Position numbers and translations under genes: made by a program. 64,000 bases of DNA from contig CP181291.1 of assembly GCA_052279835.1 (NCBI GenBank), forward strand, positions 1,792,001-1,856,000, given 5' to 3'. The number at the start of each line of letters is the position of its first letter. The first letter of the stretch is position 1. This document shows positions 1 through 9,515 of this stretch, piece by piece. The stretch is from Microcoleus sp. (GTDB lineage: Bacteria > Cyanobacteriota > Cyanobacteriia > Cyanobacteriales > Microcoleaceae). The notes below the pieces were generated by a model that worked only from the letters and a program-made list of their open reading frames with translations, had not been told where the DNA came from and made no database searches.

Positions 1-2
1 TA

Positions 3-1163
3 ATTGGCACGGCATTATGGTGTGCTTTAGAAAGTTTTTGGAGTCAAGGTTCGCTGTGGTGGACATCATTATCCTACACCCAAAGCCCCCACAATTTAGC
101 AATTTTGCACCTAGGTCAGCTCTCTGGGCCGAGCGCAGTAACGGCGGCAATTGTAGCAGTAAATGGGTTAATTGCTGAAGCTTGGATGGAAGGAAGAAGG
201 AAGAAGGAAGAAGCAAGAGGGAAGAATTGGGTTCTTTATATTTTACCTGTAAGTTTGTGTGTGATTTTGCATATTGTAGGCTGGAGTTTATATGATCGTC
301 CCTTAATTCAAGAGCCGGGAATGGCGTTAAAAATAGGAATTATTCAAGGCAATATTCCGAACGAGATTAAGTTTGACTCCCAGGGCTGGCGTCGCGCTTT
401 GGAAGGTTACACGGCGGGATACAAACTGTTAGCAGATAGAGGCGTGGATGTTGTGCTAATTCCAGAGACGGCTTTGCCTTTTTTCTGGACAAATGAGTAT
501 CAGCGTTCTACTCTGTCTTTTTATCAAGCAATTCTCGATCGCGGTGTTCTGGCTTTGGTGGGAGGCTTTGGACAGGAAGGGGATGGTATGACTAATAGCT
601 TATTGGCGATCGACAAAACAGGAGAAATCCTCAGCCGCTACGATAAAACCAAGCTGGTACCTTTAGGCGAATATATCCCTTTTTACGAAATTTTAGGCGG
701 GATTATTAATCGGCTTTCTCCCTTAGATGCTCATTTAATACCGGGAAATTCTCAGCAACTGTTTGAGACGCCTTTTGGCCGCGCCATTGTCGGTATTTGT
801 TACGATTCGGCCTTTGCGGAAATTTTTCGATATCAGGCGGCGAAGGGGGGCGAATTTATGCTGACAGCATCTAACAATGCCCATTATAAACCGCCGATGT
901 TGGCCGGGCATCATGCTCTAGATGTGATGCGGGCAATTGAAACTGATAGATGGGCGGCTATTGCTACGAATACAGGTTATTCGGCGTTTGTCAATCCTCA
1001 CGGCGAAACGGTGTGGATGTCGGCAATTAATACTTATCAAGTCCAAGATGCTACTATTTATCGGCAGCAAACTCAGACTTTGTATGTACGCTGGGGCGAT
1101 TGGTTGATGCCTGTATTGTTAGTTTTGGCTGGATTGGCGAGGTTTGTTATCAGAATTAAGTAG
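3..1163 (+). CDS. lnt: Apolipoprotein N-acyltransferase (5'-truncated by window edge)
   Basis: Frame is open from base 3 (IGTALWCALESFWSQGSLWWTSLSYTQSP...). Nitrilase-fold motifs IQGNI, PETA (catalytic E), YDKTKLVPLGEYIP (K), ICYDS (C), RAIET, ATNTGYS, TLYVRWGD. Confidence 0.93.
   Translation: MGTALWCALESFWSQGSLWWTSLSYTQSPHNLAILHLGQLSGPSAVTAAIVAVNGLIAEAWMEGRRKKEEARGKNWVLYILPVSLCVILHIVGWSLYDRPLIQEPGMALKIGIIQGNIPNEIKFDSQGWRRALEGYTAGYKLLADRGVDVVLIPETALPFFWTNEYQRSTLSFYQAILDRGVLALVGGFGQEGDGMTNSLLAIDKTGEILSRYDKTKLVPLGEYIPFYEILGGIINRLSPLDAHLIPGNSQQLFETPFGRAIVGICYDSAFAEIFRYQAAKGGEFMLTASNNAHYKPPMLAGHHALDVMRAIETDRWAAIATNTGYSAFVNPHGETVWMSAINTYQVQDATIYRQQTQTLYVRWGDWLMPVLLVLAGLARFVIRIK
185..226 (+). repeat. 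Heptamer tandem repeat (GGAAGAA)n inside lnt, STRR-like
   Basis: GGAAGAA at 192, 199, 206 and 220, GCAAGAG at 213, degenerate unit at 185. Encodes the low-complexity stretch EGRRKKEEARGK. Confidence 0.7.
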
Positions 1164-1210
1164 AACCAATCCAACCCAACACAAATGGAACCGCAAACGA
1201 GAGCGTTATA

Positions 1211-2113
1211 CTACTTTTCCATATGATTATGAACGCTGGGAGACAAAGTAATTAAATCTTCCATATTGCGGTGCATCGTGGCACAAATATTATCCAAGGG
1301 CAAATCATTAGTGTCGTGACCAAAAGGATTCTCGATTTCAATTCCAATTTCTTCAATTCCGAACAAAGTAAAACTGATTAAAGCCACCACAGCGCCTGTT
1401 CCCCAACTTAAATCTTTGACCATTTGAAAGGGCAGCGTCAAGCAATAAAGCAACAATAGCTGTTTCAAATGAATCGAGTAGGCCAAAGGGATTGGGGTTT
1501 TCAAAATTCGCTCGCAGGCTCCTAGTGTATCGATCATAGAGTTTAGTAGCTGATTCAGAGCTGTTAACTGGTAGACATCGAGGCAATTGCGATCGTACTG
1601 TCGATTCAAATAATCCCCAATCCAAAAGGCAACTTCTATGGGAGGATTGTTCATAGACTTGAGCTTTTGATATTTCGATGGGGACATTAGATGCTCCAAT
1701 TCTGAATTGACTGATTCTTGTCGGAGATGCAATTTTAGCGCCACCGCAAAGGCAATTAACAGGCGCAATGCTGCTTTTTTTTCTATAAAATCTTGATGCT
1801 CTTTTTCGTCGATTGCTACCCAAATTTGACGCGCTAAATTACGGACATTGTTAACTAAATTACCCCATAACTTGCGACCTTCCCAAAATCTTTCGTAAGC
1901 TGTATTTGTCCTAAATACTAACAGTAATCCTAGAACAATACTCGGTACAATGCTAGACAACATTGGCAAGGATACTGGCAAATTTAAAAAATGTAGGAGT
2001 GAAATAAACACCCCAAATAGTCCGCAGAGTAAAACACGGGGTAAAATTGACGGAATGACAGACCCCCGCAACTTTAATGCAGTTTTAAACCAGGCTCGTT
2101 TTTCAGCAGTCAT
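1211..2113 (-). CDS. Bestrophin-family (YneE-like) ion channel
   Basis: Motifs LLLVFRTNTAYERFWEGRKLWG, CERILKTPIPLAY and GIEEIGIEIENPFGHDTNDLPLD, with hydrophobic TM segments. Confidence 0.9.
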   Translation of the reverse strand: MTAEKRAWFKTALKLRGSVIPSILPRVLLCGLFGVFISLLHFLNLPVSLPMLSSIVPSIVLGLLLVFRTNTAYERFWEGRKLWGNLVNNVRNLARQIWVAIDEKEHQDFIEKKAALRLLIAFAVALKLHLRQESVNSELEHLMSPSKYQKLKSMNNPPIEVAFWIGDYLNRQYDRNCLDVYQLTALNQLLNSMIDTLGACERILKTPIPLAYSIHLKQLLLLYCLTLPFQMVKDLSWGTGAVVALISFTLFGIEEIGIEIENPFGHDTNDLPLDNICATMHRNMEDLITLSPSVHNHMEK

Positions 2114-2352
2114 CTAAATCTCCTCTTTAGTTCAAATCAAGAATCAAGGACTGTACGGGCTGTATGAATGCTTGCTAGACCTCATTTTTGCCTCCCATGG
2201 GAGTTGAAGAGTATAGCATCTAGGCAAACAGTCTTTGAATTTTACCAAAAGACTCATCTTTAGGACAATTTTCTAATTTAAAATTTAAAATTGATTAATT
2301 CCGGTACTTAAATTAGCTAATATTAGCTATGTATCTTTAAACGCAATTTTTC

Positions 2353-4473
2353 GTGGCAGATCTACCCACTTCTAATTCCTCGCATCTGCATCGGTTGCCG
2401 AACCAACGGTGGCAAATCTATGCGCCTCAACGACAGCAAGCGGAACAGTTTGCCACTGAAATCGGCTTGTCACCACTGTTGGCCCAGGTACTGATTAATC
2501 GGGGCATCGATACACTGACAGAAGTGCAAGGATTTGTAGAGCCGGAATCTCTGGTTTTGCCACAGCCAATGGATGAGTTTCCTGATTTGGCGGTGAGTGT
2601 GAGATTGTTGCGAGAAGCAATTGCTAATGGAAACAAGATTGCGATTTGTGGCGATTATGATGCGGATGGGATGACGAGCACGGCTTTGTTGCTGCGAGCT
2701 CTGAGGGCTCTGGGGGCGAAGGTGGATTATGCGATTCCGAGTCGGATGCGGGAAGGTTATGGGATTAACGATCGCATTGTAGAAGAATTTCACTCCGAAG
2801 GTGTGGCTCTAATTCTGACTGTAGATAACGGCATTGCCGCTTTGGGGCCGGTAAAAAGAGCGCGAGAACTTGGGGTACAAGTAATTATTACAGACCATCA
2901 CGATTTGCCACCACAACTACCGCCGGCGGATGCGATTCTGAATCCGAAATTAATTGCTGAATCTTCGCCTTATCGCGGTTTAGCTGGGGTTGGTGTGGCT
3001 TATGTTTTGGCAATTAGTTTGGCTCAGAGTTTGCAGAAAGTTGGCGGGTTGGTGAATCCGCTGCTGGAGTTATTTACTTTGGGAACTATTGCGGATTTAG
3101 CGCCTTTGACTGGGGTGAATCGTCGCTGGGTGAAGCGGGGTTTGCGGCTGTTGCCTCACTCGCAATTGGCGGGAATTCAGGCTTTGATTCAGGTGGCTGG
3201 GGTGCAGCCTGGAAGTGCCGAAACTCCTTTGATTCCTAATTTTCAACTCAAGGGCGGGCACGGGGGCACCGCCCCTACAACTCAAAATTCCTTAAAACCT
3301 GAAGATATTGGTTTTAGACTTGGACCGAGGATTAATGCTGTGGGTAGGCTGGCTGACCCTCAAATTGTGATAGAATTGTTGACTACGGACGATCGCGATT
3401 TGGCTCTGCAAAGGGCGATGGAGTGCGAACAAATCAATCAGCGCCGCCAGGAGTTGTGTATTGAAATTGAACAGGAAGCGATCGCTTGGTGCGAGGAAAG
3501 TTCGCTGAATTTGCAGCAGGAACGGGTTTTGGTTGTGGTAAGGCCTGGTTGGCATCACGGGGTGATTGGGATTGTGGCTTCTCGGTTGGTGGAGCGTTAT
3601 GGTGTGCCGGTGTTTATTGGTACTTTTGAGGGCGGGCACGGGGGCACCGCCCCTACGGATGCGCCCTCTCAAATTGTGCGGGGTTCGGCGAGGGGAATTC
3701 CTGAGTTTAATGTATTTGATGGGCTGAATTTTTGCGCGGATTTATTAACTAAATTTGGTGGACACAAAGCAGCGGGCGGTTTTTCTATGCCTGCGGAGAA
3801 TCTGGCAAAATTCCGCAGTCAACTTGCGGTTTTTGCTAATCAATGTTTGCAGCCAGAACATCTCAAGCCGCTGGTTTCTGTTGATGTGCAAGCGGATTTA
3901 TCTGAGATTAATTTGGAGCTTTATCGACAAATTGATGCTTTGGAACCTTGCGGGATTGAAAATAAGGCTCCTGTGTTTTGGACACCGAATGTTTGTATAA
4001 CTGAACAGAAGATTGTTGGGAAAGGAAATCATCTGAAACTAACTGCCACTCAAACTGTCCAAGTATCAGCAAGTTTACAGGGGATTGCTTGGCGTTGGGG
4101 TGAATATTTTCCTTTGCCTCGGTTGGTTGATATTGCTTACCGATTGCGGGAAAATTCTTTTAATGGCAAGATATCGGTGCAGTTAGAGTTGTTGGGTGTT
4201 CGACTGGCTACTGGTGAGGCTGATTTTCGGCCGTTGGTTTCGGGGAAGGCTGAGTTTGATTTTTCCGATCGCACTTATGCTTGTAGTTTATCTCGATCGG
4301 GCGATCGGACTGAGTTGAGAATTCGCAACTCCGTCGGGCAGGTGTTAGCAGTTTCGCCGGGAAAAACCACTGGTTTGTTGGGTAATAGCCGGGAAAATGC
4401 TAGGGAAGTGGATCTGTCTAAACCTTTCTTTTACAGCTTGATTCAAGCTGCTAAAAATGCCCTGGGGATTTGA
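2353..4473 (+). CDS. recJ: Single-stranded-DNA-specific exonuclease RecJ
   Basis: DHH-family motifs GDYDADG, TVDNG, TDHH, GTIADLAPL, GPRINAVGR, HHGVIGIVASRL, RGSAR, FGGHKAAGG, plus a C-terminal OB region. GTG start is approximate. Confidence 0.95.
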   Translation: MADLPTSNSSHLHRLPNQRWQIYAPQRQQAEQFATEIGLSPLLAQVLINRGIDTLTEVQGFVEPESLVLPQPMDEFPDLAVSVRLLREAIANGNKIAICGDYDADGMTSTALLLRALRALGAKVDYAIPSRMREGYGINDRIVEEFHSEGVALILTVDNGIAALGPVKRARELGVQVIITDHHDLPPQLPPADAILNPKLIAESSPYRGLAGVGVAYVLAISLAQSLQKVGGLVNPLLELFTLGTIADLAPLTGVNRRWVKRGLRLLPHSQLAGIQALIQVAGVQPGSAETPLIPNFQLKGGHGGTAPTTQNSLKPEDIGFRLGPRINAVGRLADPQIVIELLTTDDRDLALQRAMECEQINQRRQELCIEIEQEAIAWCEESSLNLQQERVLVVVRPGWHHGVIGIVASRLVERYGVPVFIGTFEGGHGGTAPTDAPSQIVRGSARGIPEFNVFDGLNFCADLLTKFGGHKAAGGFSMPAENLAKFRSQLAVFANQCLQPEHLKPLVSVDVQADLSEINLELYRQIDALEPCGIENKAPVFWTPNVCITEQKIVGKGNHLKLTATQTVQVSASLQGIAWRWGEYFPLPRLVDIAYRLRENSFNGKISVQLELLGVRLATGEADFRPLVSGKAEFDFSDRTYACSLSRSGDRTELRIRNSVGQVLAVSPGKTTGLLGNSRENAREVDLSKPFFYSLIQAAKNALGI
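3251..3278 (-). repeat. GTAG-type small palindromic repeat (REP/SDR-like), copy 1, in-frame in recJ
   Basis: AGGGCGGGCACGGGGGCACCGCCCCTAC; reverse complement begins GTAGGGGCGGTGCCCCCGTGCCCGCCCT. Encodes GGHGGTAPT. Confidence 0.85.
3629..3656 (-). repeat. GTAG-type small palindromic repeat, copy 2, in-frame in recJ
   Basis: Identical 28-bp sequence to 3251-3278, again read as GGHGGTAPT. Confidence 0.85.
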
Positions 4474-4563
4474 AAATTGGCAATTGGCGATCGAATTTTG
4501 AGAAATCTGAATGCTTAAAAACTCAAAGCTCCCAACTCTCGATCGCCCGGTATCATACTAATC

Positions 4564-4704
4564 TTAGAGATCGCCGCCTCTAGCAGCCAATAGAAAAATC
4601 ACGATCGGGCCAGAAAGCACGACTGCTGCGAGCAAAGCGACCTGAACAATTAGTTGGATGTTGACACTGCCAGCACCGCTGAACAGATCGGTTATAAAGT
4701 CCAT
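4564..4704 (-). CDS. psb30: Photosystem II reaction centre protein Psb30 (Ycf12), 46 aa; not in the ORF track
   Basis: Manual translation gives MDFITDLFSGAGSVNIQLIVQVALLAAVVLSGPIVIFLLAARGGDL*, with the characteristic GPxVIFLLAxRxGxL C-terminus. AGGAGG RBS at 4709-4714 on the minus strand. Confidence 0.93.
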   Translation of the reverse strand: MDFITDLFSGAGSVNIQLIVQVALLAAVVLSGPIVIFLLAARGGDL

Positions 4705-4954
4705 GTGTCCTCCTGACTGTAGTTAGTTAGTCTAGATTGTTGAATTAGAAAATCCGTCTCTGATTTTACCGGGCGAGGGGCCCTATTTTTTAAGAAAGTT
4801 TACAAAATTCAACTTTTTAGCGATCGGCTTCACCCTCCGCCCTCAGACAAAGGGAGGGGGCTGGCGAAACGGGTATCGCCCGATCAAGCCACCAGGGCTA
4901 GATCCGGAGATCGCCATCCCAAGTTTTGACCAAAAGACGAGCGGGAAGCCCCTG

Positions 4955-5069
4955 ATATCATTTCCGGTTACACCGTCAGGTGATGTTGACAGTTGACGGT
5001 TGACGGTTGACGGTTGACGGTTGACAGTGAACTCGAATTTACTATTCCGATGAACAGAGGATTTGATAT
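4955..5069. mobile_element. Putative MITE-like element with internal heptamer array
   Basis: Imperfect terminal inverted repeats ATATCATTTCC (4955-4965) and GGATTTGATAT (5059-5069), 9/11 complementary. A related end occurs at about 39187-39229. Confidence 0.45.
4985..5026. repeat. Six-unit heptamer tandem repeat GTTGAC(A/G), STRR-like
   Basis: GTTGACA, four copies of GTTGACG, then GTTGACA, read directly from the sequence. Confidence 0.92.
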
Positions 5070-5253
5070 GACTTGAGGGATGGGATAGATTGTACGGGTT
5101 TTTTGAACACAAATAATCCGCAGTCGCCACACAGTGCGATCGTCAATACACCACTAATTATAGAAAATTTACCTTTTTTTTGAATCATCAAGTGTCTGCA
5201 ATTTCCCTGTGGTTAATGGTGATAGGCGATCGCACTACCCTGTCTCATGGCGT

Positions 5254-6726
5254 TTAATTCAAGGCCCAATGCACCAGAGTCCGAACTCCAAAACCCGTAG
5301 CCCCAGGGCCGTTGTAGCCATTTTCTTTTTCAATCCAAACCGGGCCAGCAATATCTAAATGCGCCCAAGGAGTATCCTTCACAAACTGCTTTAAAAATAG
5401 AGCGGCCGTAATCGAGCCACCAGCACGAGGGCCAGTGTTTTTCATGTCAGCGTGCAAAGCTTTCAATCCCTCAAAATACTTCTCTTCCATCGGCATTCGC
5501 CAAAACTTTTCCCCAGCCATTTCTGAAGCAGCGACAATTTCCGATGCCACACTATCTTGAGGACTCCACAAACCAGCGATATCATCACCCAAAGCAATTA
5601 CACAGGCACCGGTGAGAGTTGCTAAATCTACGATCGCATCCACTCCCAATTTATCAGCAAATACCAAAGCATCAGCCAGAGTTAAACGCCCTTCTGCATC
5701 GGTATTGTTAACTTCGATAGTTTTGCCATTAGAAGCTGTCAGGATGTCTCCAGGGCGCATAGCGTTGCCGCTGATCATGTTTTCAGTCACGGCACTGATA
5801 AAGTGAACTTCCACATCGGGTTTGATGTGACCGATCGCCTTGGCAGCACCCAAAGTAGCCGCCGCACCGCCCATATCGACTTTCATGATTTCAATGCCAC
5901 TGCCCGTTGGTTTGATGTTCAAACCGCCGGAATCGAAAGTCAATCCTTTGCCCACAATGGCGATTTTGCGCCGCGGTTTGCCTTCTGGTTTATAAATCAG
6001 GTGAATGAATTTTGGTGGCAAGTCCGATGCTTTGGCAACGCCCAGAAATGCTCCCATACCTAGTTTTTCGCAGTCTGCTTGCTCCAATATTGTTAATTCT
6101 AAACCGCATTCAGCAGCAAGACTCTGGGCAGTTTCTGCCATAGTAATTGGGGTCACGAAATTAGCTGGCGCTGCGACTAATTCCCGTGCTAAAATGACTC
6201 CGGCAGTGATTTGTCTGGCGCGGACGATCGCGCTTTCGCAACCGACAAAACCCAGCAAGTCTACTTGCTCGATCGCACCGCTTTTGTCTTCGGATTCCGA
6301 CTTGAAACGGTGATCTTGATGGACGGCAAGTTCTATACCTTCGACGATCGCACTAGCTGTAGCATCCGGCGCATTTTGCCACACCGGAAAGCTCAGGCCG
6401 AGGGTTTTACATTTTTCCTTTTTCGCTAGCTTGGCACACATACCTGCTGCTTGTCGCAGAGTATCTAATTTTAAGTTTTCAGAAGAACCTAAACCGACGA
6501 TCGCAATTTTACGTAGCAGACTTTTGCCCCCAACACGGGTAATGGCAATCGTACCAGCTTTGCCCTGAAAATCTGTTTCCAGTAGCAGCTCTTTCAAAGT
6601 GCCTGTAAGCTGTTCATCTAATTGTGCCAAGTCGCCGGTGAGCTCTACCGCGTCTTCAAATAGACCAATTGCCAGGGCATCTCCTGTCCACACAGAGCGG
6701 GGTGTATCGGTGACTCGAAATTCCAT
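5254..6726 (-). CDS. pepA: Leucyl aminopeptidase (peptidase M17)
   Basis: Motifs [48 protein letters not shown]. Start reassigned to the ATG at 6726 (MEFRVTD); the track's extra 56 N-terminal aa look non-homologous. Confidence 0.94.
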   Translation of the reverse strand: MEFRVTDTPRSVWTGDALAIGLFEDAVELTGDLAQLDEQLTGTLKELLLETDFQGKAGTIAITRVGGKSLLRKIAIVGLGSSENLKLDTLRQAAGMCAKLAKKEKCKTLGLSFPVWQNAPDATASAIVEGIELAVHQDHRFKSESEDKSGAIEQVDLLGFVGCESAIVRARQITAGVILARELVAAPANFVTPITMAETAQSLAAECGLELTILEQADCEKLGMGAFLGVAKASDLPPKFIHLIYKPEGKPRRKIAIVGKGLTFDSGGLNIKPTGSGIEIMKVDMGGAAATLGAAKAIGHIKPDVEVHFISAVTENMISGNAMRPGDILTASNGKTIEVNNTDAEGRLTLADALVFADKLGVDAIVDLATLTGACVIALGDDIAGLWSPQDSVASEIVAASEMAGEKFWRMPMEEKYFEGLKALHADMKNTGPRAGGSITAALFLKQFVKDTPWAHLDIAGPVWIEKENGYNGPGATGFGVRTLVHWALN

Positions 6727-6953
6727 GTTTTGATTTGCTGTTAAGATTTTAGATTTTGATTGTACTTTGTCCGACCTGGTTTGTCGCTTTTTATTTTTCC
6801 AAAATATATAGAGCGATCGGACAAATTCCCCAGTCCGCGTCAAAATAAATTCTGGTACTATACGGCGAAGTCTCCCTTTGCTGATGTCAGGCACCGCCGT
6901 ATAGCATCTGTTTCCAGGCAGGCTAGAACCTCCTTACTTTCTTAAATTATCCC

Positions 6954-9155
6954 ATGCTAAAGCGACGCAAAACTCAACTTTCTGTTTTAATGGGTGTTTC
7001 AATTTGCGTTATAGCGATCGGCTCTTTGCTGACCTTTGCCAAATTGATGGGTGTCGGCCCATTCCACAAAGCTGAACCAGTCAAGGACATAGCCAATGCC
7101 GAATCGGAAGTTACAAGCCTGGTATCCCTCTCTGCGGTGGAGAGGGCGACGAAATTAGATGCGATCGCCACCAGTAAATCTGCACCGACAAATCCCCAAC
7201 AGCAAGTCTCCTCTCAAAGCCGCGCCCGCTACCTCCTGGCCACGGATTTAATCCAGCAAGGAAATCCCGCCAAAGCATTAAATTTATTGGACAAATTAGA
7301 GCAAGAATATCCACTTTTAGCCTCTCACATTGCCCTGAAACGGGCAGAAGCTTACCAATTAAGTGGCGATCGGGACAAAGCCGAAACAGCTTGGCAATCA
7401 CTGCTAAAAAATTATCCCAACGACCCAGTAGCTGTGGAAGCATTATATGTTTTAGGCAAATCCCAACCAGAATATTGGCAGCAGGCAATCACTCAATTTC
7501 CCGCCCATCCCCGCAGCGTAGAAATTGCCCTGGCTAAGTTAAAAGAAAATTCCAATCAGCCACCGTTGATGCTGATAGTAGCAAAACATGGTCATTATGT
7601 CAATAATTATGGTACACTTTTAGAACAATTGGTGCAGCAAAACAGCAGCGCCTTGAAACCGGAAGATTGGGAAGAAATAGCTTTTGGCTATTGGGAAAAA
7701 CAAGATTACGGCAAAGGAGCGATCGCCTACGGGAAAGCTCCCCGCACCGCCAAAAATCTTTACCGCAAAGCTCGCGGTTTGTGGCTAGATGGGAAAATAC
7801 CAGAATCGAAAATTGCCTATCAAGAATTAGTCAACCAATTTCCCGATGCCGAAGATACCGGTTTAGGCTTAATCAGGCTGTCGCGCTTGAACGAACCCAA
7901 AGATGCGATCGTTTTGCTCGATCGAGTCATTAGCAACTTCCCCAATCATGCCGCCGAAGCTTTATTCGATAAATCCCAACTCCTCGACAAATTAGGCAGC
8001 GCCACCTCTGCCTCCGACAACCGCAAACTACTCTTAAAAAAATACAACAATTCCGATCAAGCAGGCGCACTGCGATGGACTGTCGCCCAGCAATTTGCCA
8101 AAGCCGGAGATCTAAATTCAGCTTGGCAATGGGCCAGAGAACTCACCACCCACAATCCAGACAGCGAACTAGCACCAGAAGCAGCATTTTGGGTAGGCAA
8201 ATGGGCAAAACAAATCGGTCGCGAACAGGACGCAAAAACAGCTTTTGAATACACTATTTTACGCTATCCCGAATCCTACTTTGCATGGCGATCGGCTGTA
8301 CTTCTCGGCTGGGCTGTAGGCGACTTTACCACAGTCCGAGACCTATCTCCCAATGTAGTCCGCCCCCCTCAGCGCCTGGAACCAACCGCAGGTTCTCCAG
8401 TTTTGAAAGAACTCTATCAATTAGGTCAAGACAGAGATGCTTGGAAACTGTGGCAAGTAGAATTTACCAACCGAGTAGAACCCACTATTTCCGAACAATT
8501 TACTGACGGTTTAATGCGAATTGGTGTCGGAGATAACCTAGACGGTTTGTGGATGGTTGGGAGTTTGCGCAACCGGGAAGAACCAGAAGAAAGAAAGGAA
8601 TATTTAGCCTTAAGACAGCAGCCCTATTACTGGCAAGCATTATATCCCTTTCCTTACTTAGAAAACATAGTAAAATGGTCTCAAGAACGCAAAATTAACT
8701 CGCTTTTGGTCACATCATTAATTCGGCAAGAATCCAGATTTATGCCCAAAATTAAATCAGCAGTCGGGGCCACAGGTTTAATGCAAGTCATGCCGGAAAC
8801 AGCAACCTGGGTTGCCGATAAAATTAACCTCAAAAAGTATTCATTGGAAAATGTAGACGACAATATTAAACTCGGTACATGGTATTTAGGTAACACCCAC
8901 GACGAATACAAGAATAACTCAATGTTAGCTGTGGCTAGTTACAATGCTGGACCAAATGCAGTAGCAGATTGGTTGAAGAGGTTTAGTTTTAGTGACCCGG
9001 ATGCTTTTGCCGAGAAAATTCCGTTTCCTGAAACCAAAGGATATGTGAAATCTGTGTTTGAAAATTACTGGAATTATCTGCGAATTTACAATCCAGAAGT
9101 TAGTAAGTTAATCGCCGATAATTACGCTGCTTCTCAAACAAAAGCCAAACCTTAA
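6954..9155 (+). CDS. Soluble lytic murein transglycosylase (SLT domain) with N-terminal TM anchor and TPR-like repeats
   Basis: IRQESRF (catalytic E), GATGLMQVMPET, ASYNAGP, IPFPETKGYV. Hydrophobic N-terminal helix and helical-repeat middle. Confidence 0.92.
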   Translation: MLKRRKTQLSVLMGVSICVIAIGSLLTFAKLMGVGPFHKAEPVKDIANAESEVTSLVSLSAVERATKLDAIATSKSAPTNPQQQVSSQSRARYLLATDLIQQGNPAKALNLLDKLEQEYPLLASHIALKRAEAYQLSGDRDKAETAWQSLLKNYPNDPVAVEALYVLGKSQPEYWQQAITQFPAHPRSVEIALAKLKENSNQPPLMLIVAKHGHYVNNYGTLLEQLVQQNSSALKPEDWEEIAFGYWEKQDYGKGAIAYGKAPRTAKNLYRKARGLWLDGKIPESKIAYQELVNQFPDAEDTGLGLIRLSRLNEPKDAIVLLDRVISNFPNHAAEALFDKSQLLDKLGSATSASDNRKLLLKKYNNSDQAGALRWTVAQQFAKAGDLNSAWQWARELTTHNPDSELAPEAAFWVGKWAKQIGREQDAKTAFEYTILRYPESYFAWRSAVLLGWAVGDFTTVRDLSPNVVRPPQRLEPTAGSPVLKELYQLGQDRDAWKLWQVEFTNRVEPTISEQFTDGLMRIGVGDNLDGLWMVGSLRNREEPEERKEYLALRQQPYYWQALYPFPYLENIVKWSQERKINSLLVTSLIRQESRFMPKIKSAVGATGLMQVMPETATWVADKINLKKYSLENVDDNIKLGTWYLGNTHDEYKNNSMLAVASYNAGPNAVADWLKRFSFSDPDAFAEKIPFPETKGYVKSVFENYWNYLRIYNPEVSKLIADNYAASQTKAKP

Positions 9156-9262
9156 TCAAGGAATCAGGAAGAAATATGAAGGCATAAGGAAGAGATAACT
9201 AATTACTACTAACTCCTACTAATCGGCATCTTCTATTATCCGATTAAAGAAACATAAATATT

Positions 9263-9325
9263 GTAGGGGCGGGTTTTACCAACCATAATTGCCTAAAATC
9301 CCCAATCTCCTAAACCCGCCCCCAC
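9263..9325. repeat. GTAG-type REP-like inverted repeat
   Basis: GTAGGGGCGGGTTT (9263-9276) and AAACCCGCCCCCAC (9312-9325), 13/14 complementary. Confidence 0.75.
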
Positions 9326-9515
9326 CCAACGGCAAATCCTCATCTACCTCTATATTTTAAAACACAATAAAACACAACCCAAATCTGTATAAAACCTTAA
9401 AATTGGCTAATTCCAAAAAACATCCTAAATTCTTACATTACACTGTAGTTAATGTCAATTCCAGGAATTGTGCAAACGAATCCCTATTGAACTGACCAAA
9501 GGATACAAAAAAAAC

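Noticed and set aside
4985..5026. CRISPR array
   Set aside because: Contiguous 7-bp units with no spacers, and no cas genes in the window.
4843..5130. 95-aa minus-strand ORF
   Set aside because: Translation of repeat DNA (TVNRQPSTVNRQLST comes from the heptamers), with no recognisable domain.
6727..6894. N-terminal extension of PepA in the ORF track
   Set aside because: Non-homologous-looking sequence running through the divergent promoter region; the ATG at 6726 gives a typical ~490-aa protein.
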